From: Sporopachydermia quercuum
Taxonomy: Eukaryota
Direction: 5' to 3'
NCBI GenBank assembly: GCA_001599295.1
Contig: BCGN01000001.1
Coordinates: forward strand, 1,798,001-1,862,000
DNA length: 64,000 bases
The notes beneath the pieces are model-generated. The model was not told where the DNA came from. It made no database searches and saw only the letters and a program-made list of their open reading frames with translations. Positions 46,677-59,109 of this stretch are shown in pieces. Position numbers and translations under genes: made by a program. Position 1 is the stretch's first letter. Each line of letters begins with the position of its first letter.

Positions 46677-49069
46677 TTAAAGTAAATTTGGACCATTGTA
46701 TACACTCCCTCTAATGTTTTGCTGGTTCTGATTCAAGTTAGATCCATAATTCATATTCATGCCTGTCATGTTCATAGGATCCATTTGAGCACTTTGTTGG
46801 AAATTCATTTGAGGATTGAATCCCTGGAAATTGCCTGTATTATTAGGGAAGATGTTTGGATTAACCATACTCGTACCACCATTCATACCAGTAAAACTTG
46901 AGGCGCCAGCTAGTTGACCGTTAGCAACAGCCTTGGTTTCAGGAAATACTGGAATTGTATACTGCTGTTCTAATCCACCCATCGTCGCAAGGGGCTGTTG
47001 CTGCTGCTGAGTAAGAATACTACTTGATGAATCTGTTCTAAAAGGATTCGACCCTGTTGCTTGAGCTGATAATTTGTTATCAGGCAAGCCGGTAGCTGAA
47101 AAGGACTGTCTTTTAACTATATTGTTGCTGACATTGCCAAATCCAGCACCGGTTGGTTGATTAGCGAGAAATGGGTTGGCTTGATTCTGGGTTAAAGGAT
47201 TGGATTGTTGTTGAAGCTGTTGCTGCTGCTGAAGCTGTAACTGTTGATGTTGTAACTGCTGTTGTTGCAATTGCTGTTGTTGTAACTGTTGTTGTTGTAA
47301 CTGTTGTTGCTGCAATTGCTGTTGCTGTAGCTGCTGTAGCTGCTGNTGCTGTTGCTGTTGTTGCTGCTGTTGCATTTGTTGTTGATGTAACTGCTGCTGT
47401 TGCTGTTGGTGTTGTTGGGCAAAGTTTTGACCGGCAGCAAAAGGATTAGATGATGACGCATGCATAGGAATCTGCATACCTGTAGCTTGAGCTTGTGGGA
47501 AAACTGACTGCTGCTGTGGTTGCGTTTGCTGTTGTATCAATGACTCAACACCTGTGACTTGAGCAGTTTGTCCTTGTCCTAAACCAATACTAGAGCCATT
47601 GAATTGAGGTTGGGTCTGGCCTTGATTTTGCCCTGTCATTGCCATTGCCATGTTCAAATTGGCAAAAGGATTACTGGTCAATTGAGGATGTAACTGACCT
47701 TGGAAAATAGAACTACCGGATACAGATGGAGTGGTAGTGGTAGAACCAGTAGCAGAATTTGATGGCGATGAAAATAAAGTTTCCTGTAAGGCAATACCAT
47801 TAACTAGGTTCGCGGGAATAAATTGTGTATTTGGTGGTAGTGTTTGAGTGAAAATTTGCTGTTGAGCAACAGGTTGGAGTTGAATTTGATTTTTTTGAGT
47901 TTGCACTTGGGTCTGGGCTGGAGCTTGTTGTACTGCTTGAGATTGGATCTGACCTCGAGCTTGAGTTTGTTGTGATTGTTCCGCAAATGATTGNCCGTCG
48001 TCATTGGATGGTCTAGTTTTTGGGGCAACGGCTGAAACTGATCCTTTACCACTAGCTTCATGAGCTTGTCTTTCAGCTAAAAATTGAGTTCTATTGATCT
48101 CAAAGTTAGGATCATCAAGATACTCTCTCAAGCTTTGACCAAGCTGAGTAGGGGCATGCTTTATATTAGGAATATGTAATTTGGTAGAATACTCCAAATG
48201 TTTAGCAACTTTCAAATAATCAATAACATCAGATGTCATATTGGCAAAATCATTATAGATTTCTAAAGCCCTTTCAGCGTCAGGGCGAGACATTTCAAAA
48301 TAGTGTTCTAATATATTAATGACACCTTCATTGACCACTTGAAATAAGGATAATAAATCATTGACCAACATTCTAAATTCAGTCAAAACAATGTCATTGT
48401 TTACATCTTGTTCACGGAATCTACAACGCAACAAGACGGCAATCTGTCTAATGACACCTTCTACCTCGCGCAACAATCCTTTTTCCACTGACAGTTTTTT
48501 AAGTCTATTCACGTCACGGCCTCCAGAATTTGCTCTTACATAGTCGACTTTTAGTGCTGCGTATTGCTTTGCTCTTTCGGTGATGTAGCTAGCATAGCGA
48601 TGTAAATTTCTATCATCTGCTCCATTGCGAGGAATTTGTCTGGCATCTAACATATGTAAATGGGTTGAAAGGTATCTCAATGTTTTATCTTTCTCTCCCT
48701 CTCTGATCATGATATGTAAAACAATTAATGATTTATAAACAACACTCCATGCCGAATCGTTAAGTCTTATTTTTAAGTACTTCATAACAGCGTGAAAATC
48801 ATCGCTGTTTGAAGTCGCCATAAGAATTGGTTCAATATATTTTGGTTTAGGAGCTGCCACCTTGACTTTGGTAGCACCCTTTATAAGTTGTTAGTATGAA
48901 GTGATTAGATTCCATGTCAATACTGGATATCATTGTAGAAACCTATTTGAGCGTCTATTTGCTAATATTATCCAAAAGCATACTGTTCTTAGACGAGTAG
49001 CTTCAATCGCACACTCAATCACTCAAAACAAAACAAACATACCTTAACAATCTTCTCATAAGTAGTCAT
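46677..49069 (-). CDS. YAP1801: ANTH-domain clathrin adaptor AP180/Yap180 (exons 49069-49043, 48878-46677)
   Basis: MTTYEKIVK|GATKVKVAAPKPKYIEPIL, LSVEKGLLREVE, VINILEHYFEMS; several NPF motifs, polyQ; intron GTATGT..TACTAAC..AAG. Confidence 0.92.
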
Positions 49070-49223
49070 TTTGAATATCGATTATATGAATGAAAAACCA
49101 AAAAGTTCTATCTCTAAATATAGCAAAAACTACTACCTTCATTAACCAGTGTAGTTATTAGAACATATAATATATGTTGATAGATGTATCAATCAATGGC
49201 TGATATTGCTAACCCTTCCAGTG

Positions 49224-49259
49224 GAAACAACAATCGAAACAACAATCGAAACAACAATC
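49224..49259. repeat. 12-bp tandem repeat x3 upstream of YAP180
   Basis: GAAACAACAATC repeated three times. Confidence 0.9.
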
Positions 49260-50086
49260 AAACGCAGAAATCTCCAAGTCGATTCCACTCTTTCCAGCTT
49301 CCATATAATTGATAGGAAATCTGGTTCGATATGGCTTGAATACTCAGTGAGTCTCTTCCTCTGCCTTTGGTTGATTGGTTCTATTATATTTGATACATTG
49401 TTGGCAAAGAGATCAACTTATTGATTGATCAAAAAGAATTTAACGATACAAAACAATTATTCAACCACTTGAATCAGTTGTGAGATATGATTTGTATGAC
49501 AAACCTTAGTCATGGTGAGAAGTTGATTTGTCAGACAAAAAATAGGGATGTAAATATGGCAGTTACATGAGGCCAGGAGTATATTTGTTTACGTTATCAT
49601 CATATCAACTAAAGAATGAAGGCTATGGCTGATATTATATTTAGTAATGAAAGTGAAAATGTGAGGCATGTTTGTTAGGGTGATATGTAAATGGCAGTGG
49701 AGTTTGAGTTATTTCTGACAGAACAAGCATTGACACTTCCCTTACTGATAGCATTGTTCCTTGGGGGTTTTCAAACAACATTATTCTATTAATAGATTCA
49801 TTCATACAGAAGAAAAATAGTGTTTACCGATATTCTTTTCTAGTATTAAAATAGATATTGAAGATAGATACATTCTTATATATAAGACTTCCTCCAAAAT
49901 TTATAGATTCAAATCATTCTTCAATCAGACTCTTTATCTGTCTTCTCTCTTCGGTAATCGTCCCTTCCAAATTCCGACAATTGTCACCGTGTCATAAACT
50001 TCCACCCCCTAATTCCAACCCCAAATCCGAATTTACCATGATGATTCTCAGCATTGATTCTTCATGACTTAAGTTAATATCTCCTT

Positions 50087-52657
50087 TCATTCGACAGTAA
50101 CACACCCGTACCCCTTCTTTTCCCACATTTTCTTCAGCTGGTCACGTTTTTCTTTATTGACAGTTTGAGTANTATGTCCATTATTTGTAGTGAGACTTAT
50201 GGAGGACATACTGGCAGAATGAGGAGTACCTGTGTGTGGAGATATGTTTCTTCTAGTGAGTTTGTTCATTCGTACTCTTCCAGAACCACTAGAATTAATG
50301 GACATAGGATAAGCAGGGTTGTAGCTAGAATTGTAGGTTGAATTGCAATTAGTTGAGTGGTTAGGGGAATAGTTAGGTGAAAATTTAGGTGAATAAGATG
50401 NGCGTGACATGTTGGGACTGTGTTGTGGAGATGCTCTATTGAAACTCATTGTATGCATATTAGACTGTCTTTGAGATCTAATTGCATTTTGACGTTGATC
50501 GTTGGGCATCAAATTACCAATTAGTCCTCTTCCTGATACAGGAGGTGGAGCTTTGTTTGAAGGTAAAGCTGGTGGGAGAGTTGCAAATTGTGTACTACTC
50601 ATTGACATACGTTTCAGCTCTGGTGGTGTAGGAGCATAAGGATCAAGTATCAGCCTAGGGGTAGATGAAGATATTGCCATCGAATGTCTCTTCGGTGCCG
50701 GGAAGTTATGTGCTTGTAAGATGCCTAGGGGAACATCATTATCAAGATCGTCTTCTTCGATATATTTGGCAGCTGTTGGCGGTACTGATGATGTTAAGTT
50801 GGTTACAAGTTGCTGAGCTGTAGTAATGTTTTTAGCGGTTTTACCTCCTGTAACCTTTTTCATCTTTTGTCTGTAAACCGCCATTTGTTCTTGTTGTCTT
50901 GTACGTAATGAGTATGTATCTTGAGCATTTGATAACGGATCTACATCATCAGTTGATTTTATAGATGATTCTGATGCTATAGATCGAACTGTTAGTTTTC
51001 TTACTAGTTTGATGCGCTCAGCTGGCGAGAACACATATGGTTTATCATCATCACTAGTATCCTCTGTCAAATCAATTGTGTTTTCAATTCCTTGTTTGGT
51101 TTTTCCTTCTCGGATTTGCTCTCTATATGATAATTCAGCAGTTGTTTGGTTATTTGAAGTCTGTTCAAGACCATCATTTGCTTCATTATCGACTGCTGCA
51201 TAGACTGCTTTCAATCCGATTTTCTGTAAAAACCCAGATAATGACAATCCAGAACCGTCTTTATATGTATTGTCTGCAATGGTTTTATTGGGCTCCCCTT
51301 GCTCATCGATCAATCCAGCCTCCTCCTTAGGTTCCTCATCATGATGAATAACTGTATTTTCTTCTTCGTATTCAACACTATTAGTACTTGTAGATGTTTG
51401 TTCAGCATATAGTTCTTGTTTTGCTTTTCCAACGGGCTCTACTNGTAGAAATCTTTCGGGCTGTTGTTTTGTAGGCTGCATCATAACAGGTCCATTAATC
51501 CGCACGACTCGTTCCATTGTCGGGGTTGTCTGTCTACCAATCATGGGTCTTTGATCAATAGTTTGTTGTCTTCTGTAATCAAAATCATCATCTCTATCGC
51601 CATAGTATTTGATCACATCAAAACTATTGACTGATGAGAATGTTTGAGCAGATCCACCTGTACCTGTTCTAACGACGCTGAATACAGAGGAAACAGATGT
51701 AGCAGGAGTTGTTTCAGATGATTGGGAAATCAAATGATCATTTCTGAGATTGGCCGCTCTAGATTCTGTCCGCAAATTTATTTCTGTTCCTCTGGGTGGT
51801 TGTTGTGATATTGGTAGAAAGGATTCGCATTGGGGAATAACAGGACTCGGTAAAATGCTTGATTCAGATTCATATGATGCTAATGAGTGCATATCAGAAT
51901 TTGACACGCTTCTAGCAGCATCTGGCAATGTACTAGAATCAGACCTTTGAACTCCGGAACTGATACTAAGACGTGTACTGTTTGAAGGAACTCTTTTANT
52001 ATTACTGATGATATATGGCTTGTTTCTAGTATTTTTTTGTTCATCATTACCATAATTAACATTTCCAACACCATTACCATAAGTAACATTTGCAACAGCA
52101 TTAATGTCTTCGTCAATAATCACTATTGGTGACTCATTTGCAAGTATGCAACCACGGTTATTTCTTTTATCCAAATTCTTGCTCCTAGTTGCTGTGAAGT
52201 CAAATGATTCTGCTGTTGAAACAACTCTAATGTTTTGCCTATATTCCTCATCAGCTTCCGGAACCCAAGCTTCTCTCAGTATAATCTCAGAATGTCTCTT
52301 TGTAGACCCCATTCTTGAGACTGCCGGTATTCCAGCCGGGGGCTCCCATTCAAAATCAGCGGGAACAGAATAATGGTGTAGAGCTTTCATATCGTCGTTG
52401 TCTCCTTTATCGTAATTATGAATAGTAGGTGGTAACGTGGGTAAATCTTTCTCAAATACATCTCTTGTANTGGTTAAATCTGTAGTAGAATAAAATGCAG
52501 GACTGGTTCTATTTCTAATGGACACTGTTTCAATCGTAGATGAAGCTTTAGATGTTACAGACTTTTCTTGTGGCACGTTTGCAAATGCTTCTAAAGGGTC
52601 TTGCAACTGACCAAACACCAGCGATGGTGTTGATTTTCTTCTAGCGAAGAATTTCAT
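50087..52657 (-). CDS. Uncharacterised, largely disordered 856-aa protein
   Basis: Long ORF, S/T/P-rich, with short ordered blocks QQEQMAVYRQKMKKVTG and DDLDNDVPLGILQAHNFP. Confidence 0.8.
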   Translation of the reverse strand: MKFFARRKSTPSLVFGQLQDPLEAFANVPQEKSVTSKASSTIETVSIRNRTSPAFYSTTDLTXTRDVFEKDLPTLPPTIHNYDKGDNDDMKALHHYSVPADFEWEPPAGIPAVSRMGSTKRHSEIILREAWVPEADEEYRQNIRVVSTAESFDFTATRSKNLDKRNNRGCILANESPIVIIDEDINAVANVTYGNGVGNVNYGNDEQKNTRNKPYIISNXKRVPSNSTRLSISSGVQRSDSSTLPDAARSVSNSDMHSLASYESESSILPSPVIPQCESFLPISQQPPRGTEINLRTESRAANLRNDHLISQSSETTPATSVSSVFSVVRTGTGGSAQTFSSVNSFDVIKYYGDRDDDFDYRRQQTIDQRPMIGRQTTPTMERVVRINGPVMMQPTKQQPERFLXVEPVGKAKQELYAEQTSTSTNSVEYEEENTVIHHDEEPKEEAGLIDEQGEPNKTIADNTYKDGSGLSLSGFLQKIGLKAVYAAVDNEANDGLEQTSNNQTTAELSYREQIREGKTKQGIENTIDLTEDTSDDDKPYVFSPAERIKLVRKLTVRSIASESSIKSTDDVDPLSNAQDTYSLRTRQQEQMAVYRQKMKKVTGGKTAKNITTAQQLVTNLTSSVPPTAAKYIEEDDLDNDVPLGILQAHNFPAPKRHSMAISSSTPRLILDPYAPTPPELKRMSMSSTQFATLPPALPSNKAPPPVSGRGLIGNLMPNDQRQNAIRSQRQSNMHTMSFNRASPQHSPNMSRXSYSPKFSPNYSPNHSTNCNSTYNSSYNPAYPMSINSSGSGRVRMNKLTRRNISPHTGTPHSASMSSISLTTNNGHXTQTVNKEKRDQLKKMWEKKGYGCVTVE

Positions 52658-54454
52658 GTTTCTGATAGTAGAGTTTATCAGTTAAGTTGAGAAAGAAAAA
52701 ACAGTAGAATTAAGTTCTACTACCAATTTCAATAACTATGCTATACAGCTTAATATTCACTCAAATATCAACAATAGGCTGTCAACTGGTCAATAATCAA
52801 TAGGCAATCANTCGATCCTAAGCAATCAACTGTTAGTGAGTGTTTTCCAGCACCAACTGACTTCTTCCTTCACTATTCAAAGCAGAAGCCTTCAATACTT
52901 AAAATAAAAGCCTTTGTCGGCTATTTTCCTTCTTTTCTCTCAAATCTGGCAATCCCACTATGCCTATCTACTAACAGATCAATCAAGCTAGCTCAAAGTT
53001 TTGTTACTCCTATCAAATCAAGAGAAGCTCCAGAATCAGATCACTTGCTTAACAGTCAAAAACTAACTTCTGAAAAAAGGTTAAAATCGAGCTTTTCTTA
53101 TCCGACAGTACTCTCAGAATTTTTAAATCTTTGATCTTCTTTGTTTTAAATCAACAGGCCCTTTAATCGTAGGGAGAAATACAAACTGGCTTGGTGGGGT
53201 TTTCGAGAAGCATGATTGAAACTAATAATAACTCATAACTCATACATGAGTTTTGAACTTTAGTTGAACCTGCATGAAGCTGCAGAAGAGCTAAATCACT
53301 TAAAAGAATCCTTTACTAAAGGGACGAAAATAAAATAATCTGCATTTATAAAATAGATAGTATGTATTTCGACTAATCTAGTTAGGTAATTAGATACTAC
53401 TCAGACTATTTCAGTTACAGTGAATGCTCAATGGTAGCTACTTGGTGAAATGAACAACATGACATGAAATTTGCTTAGCTTCCTTCAAATGCAAAATGGC
53501 TTCGAAAGCGAGATAGGTAGGACCAACTTGGGTCCAAAATCAGTAAGGTAATAGCAACCTATTTTCGGTTCTTTGCTTAGAAACTGTTTGAAAGTAATCA
53601 GCAATAACACATACAAATTCAACTAGAAAAAGTAATAATATTTTCTATGTGGTATATTNAATAGTCCATTCGTTTAACGCCTTTCTTCCAAGGTAAGTAT
53701 AATCAGAATTTTTAAAGTTCACTAGAGACCCAGTTTAGAGTTTGTTCGTGGACTTATAGTTCGGTTGTTAAGGTAGCAAGTCACCAGGGTACTATGCAAT
53801 AGCATGCAGAAATCTGCATGAGATACTTTTTGAGGCAGTTTCAAACTGGTATTACCCAAGGTAGATAAATCTAAACATAACTTTAAATTTTTATTTACTA
53901 TGAGAACTTTAATTGTTTAATATTTTTGATTCCCTTTATCCCGTAGCTTATATCAATAAAATTACTGAGTAAGGAGTTCAGAAATATGAAACAAGCTTTT
54001 ATTGCAATATTTATCTAACTAAGCATCCTTTCCAGAAAAACAATTGAGGAGTTTTGGCCACGTTCTTACCCGATTCTTGTTCCTCCCTATTTAGGCGTTG
54101 AATATTTTTAGTTGGTGAGATGGCCGGCAAAACAATTAAGTTTGCTTTTCCCCTGCAAGTATACATGCTCTCTGTAAAATATTGCATATTATTGCATATT
54201 TTTACATATCATTGTTCATCGATGCTAAAACTTTACACAACTACATCATATTGATTAATTACTTTATTATAATTTACTATGAAGCCCAAATTTACTTCAA
54301 AGTTGATCCTTCATACAACATTGAATAGTTGCTTTTCGAATTCATAGTTGGTGAAGTGAACATACGGTCATGTGCTAATGCTAGTCAGATCTATGCAATT
54401 GTTGCTCATAATTATTATTTTACATTTAAAAAACTTCTAAAAAATTTCATCTCC

Positions 54455-57400
54455 TCAAGAAACAAAATTGTATACGCCCCAATTGCCTCCGCATAAACAT
54501 GTTCTCGTAAAAGGAACAGTCCAGTGAGCTCCATGTCCTATAGATGAGCCGCCAACTGTGCCAGGGTCCTCATCCTGATCTATAATCATGGAAACTGAAC
54601 CACATCTCGTGCAACGTCTCAAATTCTCAGTATTAATATATTCACTAACATTTTCCTCAGATTCATTGAGCTTTGCTGTGATCAAGGCCTTTAATGCATT
54701 ATGAACATCAACTGCTGAGTTACTTTCAGGTAATAGTTGTGCCAATTCAGCATCTGATGACTGTGCTAACGATGATATTGTAGATTCTAACTGTGCTAAA
54801 CCACCATTAGGTAGAAACTTTTTTCTTAAGGCATCAGTAACCGCATATTGTATCCTTCTGTATAGCACATTCGATAACTGAATAGGGCCATCGATAACTG
54901 AAAAGTTCTTTTTCACCTCTTCGGGNGTCAATGTTTTCTTTCTATACATATTTCCTTCATTGGTCAATTCCACTGGCGTCAAATCAACACCTAACCAGCT
55001 TATATCACTGAAAAATAGACTACTCAGCTTCATCGTCAGTGATTCTCTCAGATTGAAATAACCATTACATAACCTTTGAATCACGTCATCATAATTATCA
55101 GGAATTATTCCACACCATACAATTTTCTGTTCTACAAATAATGGAGAGTCAATAGCGGGTGCACGTCCTGATTGCTGCTGTTGCTGTTGTTGATTTTTCA
55201 TTTCTTGGTGTTTTTGAAGCTGAACTTGGTAAAAGCTTTTCATGAACTCATCGAAGTTCTTTAGAAATTGTTCAAACTTGTTTAGTTTGACGGGACATTC
55301 TTCAATGATAGCTTTGAATTTACTATAAGCAACGGTGACAGGTAAATCATCATCGGCATTAATTCCTAATATACTTGCTGCCGTTGTAGATGTTTGTCCC
55401 TTAGCTTTATTATTATAGTCAATGTAATTAGTAAGCATAGTATCAAACTTACCAATCATTGTCAAACAATACAGTAGAAACAATCTTGACGTTTTACCTA
55501 ATACTATAGGAAACACTAAATGCGATGACAGTTCTTGTTTCATATTCCTTTGCTCTTCAGTTTGGTTACTCTGTTTCATCTTGTTGAGTATTATTCCACA
55601 CTGTAATAGCTCTTGATTTAGAAGGATAATAAAATCAACAACCCATTTGATTACACCTAAGCTTGTCATTAAAGGCATTCCTTTACTAATATCATCAACA
55701 GTTGCTTTCATACTATTATTAGCACCACTTGCTAAACTTTGAAATAATGATCTATAAGTTATCAGCAAGCATAGACAAGACATTCTTAGGTTTAAAATCA
55801 CCCATGCAATTCTACCACTATTATTGCGCCGAAAACCAGCACTAGTTCCTAATCCGAGTTGCAATCCAAGTAGCTTTTGTAAAGGTGGACTTGAGACCAA
55901 TCTATCTATTGGTTCTCTTGAAGAGTCTAATGAGAAACTGATAGCTCTATGACACTCCTGTAGAACCAAAGAGCAGAATAAATCACGGCTGCCGCCAAAT
56001 TTCTCTATTCTATTGGCTTCTTGATGAATAAATGCCATCATTTCCTCTCCTTGAATATTTGCATAACAAGCTGATATAAACCCATGAGCTATTGCTGATG
56101 CCGTAGATCGCAACTCTCTTGAGTATTCTTCATACAGTCCAGGTGCCTTCTTAAGTAGATGCATCTCTAGTTTGTTNCCAGGTTTCAAAATCACACAGCC
56201 AACTTTTGTAGGAGCCAAAGCAGAGAAAATTGGTACTTCAGGTGAGTTCTCATCGCTGTTATTAAAAACATACCCGACATCAAGCAAAGATCGTATTTGG
56301 TNAGGACCTAACTCTGAAGAATTATCAATAGGTCTATTATTTTTTCGGGAATATTGGCTCAAATCTGTAACAGGAATATGAAGTTTTAATGAATCCCTGT
56401 CTCTTATTTCAATTTTACCGTCTTGGTAATGAAAAAATAAATGATTCTCTGTTGGTACAGTAGATATCCTTTGAAGCAAATCATTCAAATAGACTTTCTT
56501 ATCTAATGTTAAGGTTTTACTACCATCAGAAGTGTTATTCATGCCTGAACCGTTATTCCCGCCCCCTAAATTCATCAAGCTTTCATGCAAAGCCATTGAA
56601 AACTCTTGCAGACGGTAAAGATACACCAAACTTTTAGAGTCACTTCGCATAACAACTAGTAAGGAAGCATCACGCGATTTAGAAGTCGGTAATGGTGCTA
56701 ACATTTTCAATTGAGCAACAGTAAAAGAAGCTGAATATGTTCCTGAATCTGGAAATACGACCATGCATATTTTCTTCTTCACTAAACGAGTGATTTCCAA
56801 TGAAGGTGGCACATGAGGTCCCTGGGGAATATTCTTAGCTAGAAATTGCTGAACCTGTTGACTAGCATAAGCTTGAGCTTGAGAAACAGAATTTCCTCTA
56901 GCTTGTGCTTGTTGTATTGCCTCTTGTTGAATCTTAGTGCAAGCTTTCGCTATTCCTTGAGCTTGTTCTAAAGAGTTCCATTCGATACTAATAGAATAGA
57001 CACTGATCGTAGTAGATAATGGATGATAGACAGTTAATAGTACAGGATGTTCTTTGGTAAATGTGAAAGAAGCATGAGAGATCCATCCATCAAATGCTAG
57101 ATCTACTTTCAACGAGGTGGATACCTTATGAAATCCAATTCCAGAATCACCTTGATACCATAAACTAATTGCTCCGTTTCTCCTTATACCGATGCAAGCT
57201 ACTTTGCTAGGGAAAGGATGCATAGCACCTTCTTGTTTGTGAGTATTGGCTTTATATGTATAAGTAAAAGAAGGTTGGGGATGATTTGAGAATATATTCG
57301 AAATATCACTTGCGTTGGCGCTCGCATTTTGNTGTAGAATATCTACTTTCGTTGCTGGTTCATTGAAAAGTAATTGCTTATCAACGCCTAACCAACCAAA

Positions 57401-58316
57401 TCCAACAATTCTGCTGAAACTATCGTCTGTGGTTATAGAGGTTGAAACTGTTGGTATACAGTCTTCGTATATTTGAACCAAATGAGGATGAATTGAGCTG
57501 TGGAGGTTATGACGATCAAGTACAGAAGATGAAATACCAGATTGTGATGTTCCTGAAGGTGTTAAAGCAACAGCTGGTGTTGCTGAACTTGGACGAGAAG
57601 TTCCTAATGCAATGTTATTGTTTAAGCCTCCAGATGCTCCAGAACCACTACCAGACTCTATTTTACTTCTTAAGCCATTTAGTGTTGAAATGCTATCACT
57701 AGCTAAGTTTCCACTGCTTTCATTATCCTTATTTTTTTCTAAATCATCGTCTTTACGGCGTATACCTGTCATATAGATGTATATTCCGCCTTTTTGATCA
57801 ATGCATGCTAGCTCTTGACCAGTTATACTCCAATCCACATGAACTAGTAATGGTAGAACTTCAAACTCTCCTGCGTGATATCCAGTAGGATCATGTCTGA
57901 CTGAATATCCTATCGGCCTTGCTAANTTCCAATTACTACCATCTGTCACTTCTAAATAAGTTAGAAATAGGTTAAACTGTTGCTTAGTTCTATGTTGTTT
58001 TTGAGAATCCTCTGAGTTATATTCATCAAACAGTTGTTCNAATGGCGATCTAGAAACATAAGCAATCATGGAATACTTTGACCAAGCAATTTTACTAAAC
58101 AATAGTTCTGTTAATATTTGGATCCAAATAGTAGAAAGAAATATATTTACGGTTCTTAGCATAGCAATCTGCATGGTATCTGTGATAACTTCAGCCAACA
58201 TACTCTGTACAGTTATGCTTGGTCAACTCAAGACCAGCTTTTATTTGTTTTAGACGTTCCCATTCTAGTAATTCATCAACTTTCTTATCGGTTGAATATT
58301 GGCTGGAGATAGTCAT
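54455..58316 (-). CDS. SIN4: Mediator subunit Med16/Sin4 (exons 58316-58204, 58094-54455)
   Basis: D|KIAWSKYSMIAY N-terminal propeller start, HVDWS..GQELACIDQKG, GRIAWVILNLR, C-terminal RRCTRCG...CLCGGNW; intron 58203-58095 GTATGT..TATTAAC..TAG. Confidence 0.85.
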
Positions 58317-59109
58317 TCTGTATATCTTTCGTTAATATAGAAGTCTATTCTAAAGCTATACAGTTCTGATAGAAAACAAGAAATAAACGCAGGGTAGAAG
58401 AAGGTCAACAGCATAAATGATTTCAAGGGTTATTGAAGCCAAATATTGACATAATCATCAGTTAACGAGCCATCTATTCCAATTGTTAGTCTTTCCTAGA
58501 CAAAGAGTGATAAAACTAGCTGATTCAGTAGTGTACATCTACCTGTTTTGTGAACGAATAATTATTATAAGAATTACAACTTTTTTAGTACTTTAATGTG
58601 AAAAAGGAACATGTCCATCAATGGAGGTTAGTAAATAGATTGCGGAGAACATTGCGTGAAGTCAGCTTCCGAAATACTTTATCACGTGATGATGAATGGG
58701 AGCTTACCTAATGTTTGAAGACATTACGATCGAATAAACAAGAGGTACGAATAAAATATATGAGCCTAAGTAAGTTATCACAAGACACCATCATTTTAGT
58801 ATCCTCTCAGTTAACTTTTTAAGTTGCAGAACCGTACCGGTCTTCCAAGATTAAATAGGTTGTTTCGTAGTTAGCTTGATGTTTATGAGCTGGGAGACAA
58901 TACACATGCTAAGAAAAGAACAGGTGGGTGAACTATTTCCACAGTTAAATATTTATTTTCATAACTTCCAATTTATTTCCACTATATACTTTTTTATCTA
59001 TTCACCTTTGAAATTTGAAATCGTGGTAGCTTTTGACATACATTGCTTGGTATAATTGTATCAATAATTCATAAATTAATGTGCCTTGTTTAACTATTTG
59101 CACTGACCA

